DNA of 64,000 bases from Octopus sinensis (lineage: Eukaryota), in assembly GCF_006345805.1 (NCBI RefSeq), contig NC_042997.1, positions 195,920,001 to 195,984,000 of the forward strand. The letters are read 5' to 3'. Positions 63,235-64,000 of the stretch are shown here, piece by piece. Within the stretch, counting starts at the first letter, position 1. Each line of letters begins with the position of its first letter. Below the pieces are notes generated by a model. That model saw only the letters and a program-made list of their open reading frames with translations, did no database searches and was not told where the DNA came from. The position numbers and the translations under genes were made by a program.

Positions 63235-64000
63235 TCAATTGTTTTCAACTTCAAAGCTGCGGTCATGCTGGGGCACTACCCTTGACTTTGCCACACCATT
63301 ATTTGAAACCTCCTCTGATATGTGGTATTTTATGAATGGGGGAGTTTGATGCTGCTGCCCTCATCTGGGTTTCTTGCCGCGAGGAAGGCTTATTTGGAAT
63401 CCTTAATAGCAGGAGATCCAGTTTTATTTTGAAGACACCTACATCCACACCATGCAGGTTACTCAGGCTTTTTGGAAGGGTTTTGAAGATCTGTGGGACC
63501 TTGAAACCCAATCTATTGCGGTATCTGGTCCTGTATTTTGATGGAGAGGTTGGCATCTTTGGCACTATGTAGTGACACCTCGTTCTGCTTTTTTGTGTAA
63601 CTTTCAATGCAAAAGTTTGGTACAACGCCTTCTAGTATTTTCAAGATATCACTGCATACCTTTCTCACCTTCGTTCTTAAGACAAGAGTTTTAATTCTTG
63701 CAGTCTTTCCCAGTAACTGTTATGTTGCATTTAGACGATTTTTTTTGTGTAGCTTCGCTGGATTTATTCGAGGTCTGCCATTAATTGTTTATTGTGTGGC
63801 TGAGGACGTACGCTCTCCAAAAGATTATCATTATCTCTTTTTCCTTATTTTGAAAGATTGGAGGATTCATCCAGCTAGCCGTCAGCATTTTATTACCAAA
63901 TTGGTAATATGCATTTGAAAAGATGCATCAGTGCTTTGTAACTACCCAGGTCATGCACTGATTTTGATTCAGGGATTGCAATTCCTCCTGGGCCAGTGTA
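63235..64000 (-). mobile_element. Decayed CR1-clade LINE 3' portion (runs off window)
   Basis: HDLG...DASFQMHI...IQRSYTKKI...SYWERLQELKL...ERYA...KILEGVVP...FKTLPKSL; 3' tail gtagtgccccagcatgaccgcagc. Confidence 0.85.

Overview
AT-rich, microsatellite-saturated animal DNA with no bacterial-type genes, CRISPR or rRNA/tRNA genes. The SINE/LINE repertoire is most consistent with an octopus genome (inference from my recall of these repeats, not a database hit). Almost everything identifiable is transposon-derived: (i) a tandem cluster of six Dong/R4-type RLE retrotransposon pieces in (TAA)n tracts at 30-45 kb, including one apparently full-length, disabled 4.6-kb copy; (ii) a 5'-truncated Tx1-clade element in a (GATA)n tract with a 12-bp TSD; (iii) CR1, RTE, mariner, Helitron/Helentron-like and MITE remnants; (iv) roughly 30 tRNA-derived SINE copies in three families; (v) many Penelope-like element (PLE) ends. 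The most striking signal is a set of about 12 minimal type-I hammerhead ribozyme (HHR) motifs on both strands. Most have a palindromic stem III, and the core variants recur (U3-A8, U4C, non G-C base of stem II). One is fully canonical (19491-19573, minus). One lies in a 348-nt terminally redundant, retrozyme-like unit with a 66-bp fold-back. The PLE-HHR association is established knowledge; the density, the variant cores and the retrozyme-like unit are what deserve testing. No host gene could be identified. A few small-exon candidates are listed at low confidence. Most ORFs in the supplied track are microsatellite translations or antisense shadows of TE coding sequence.
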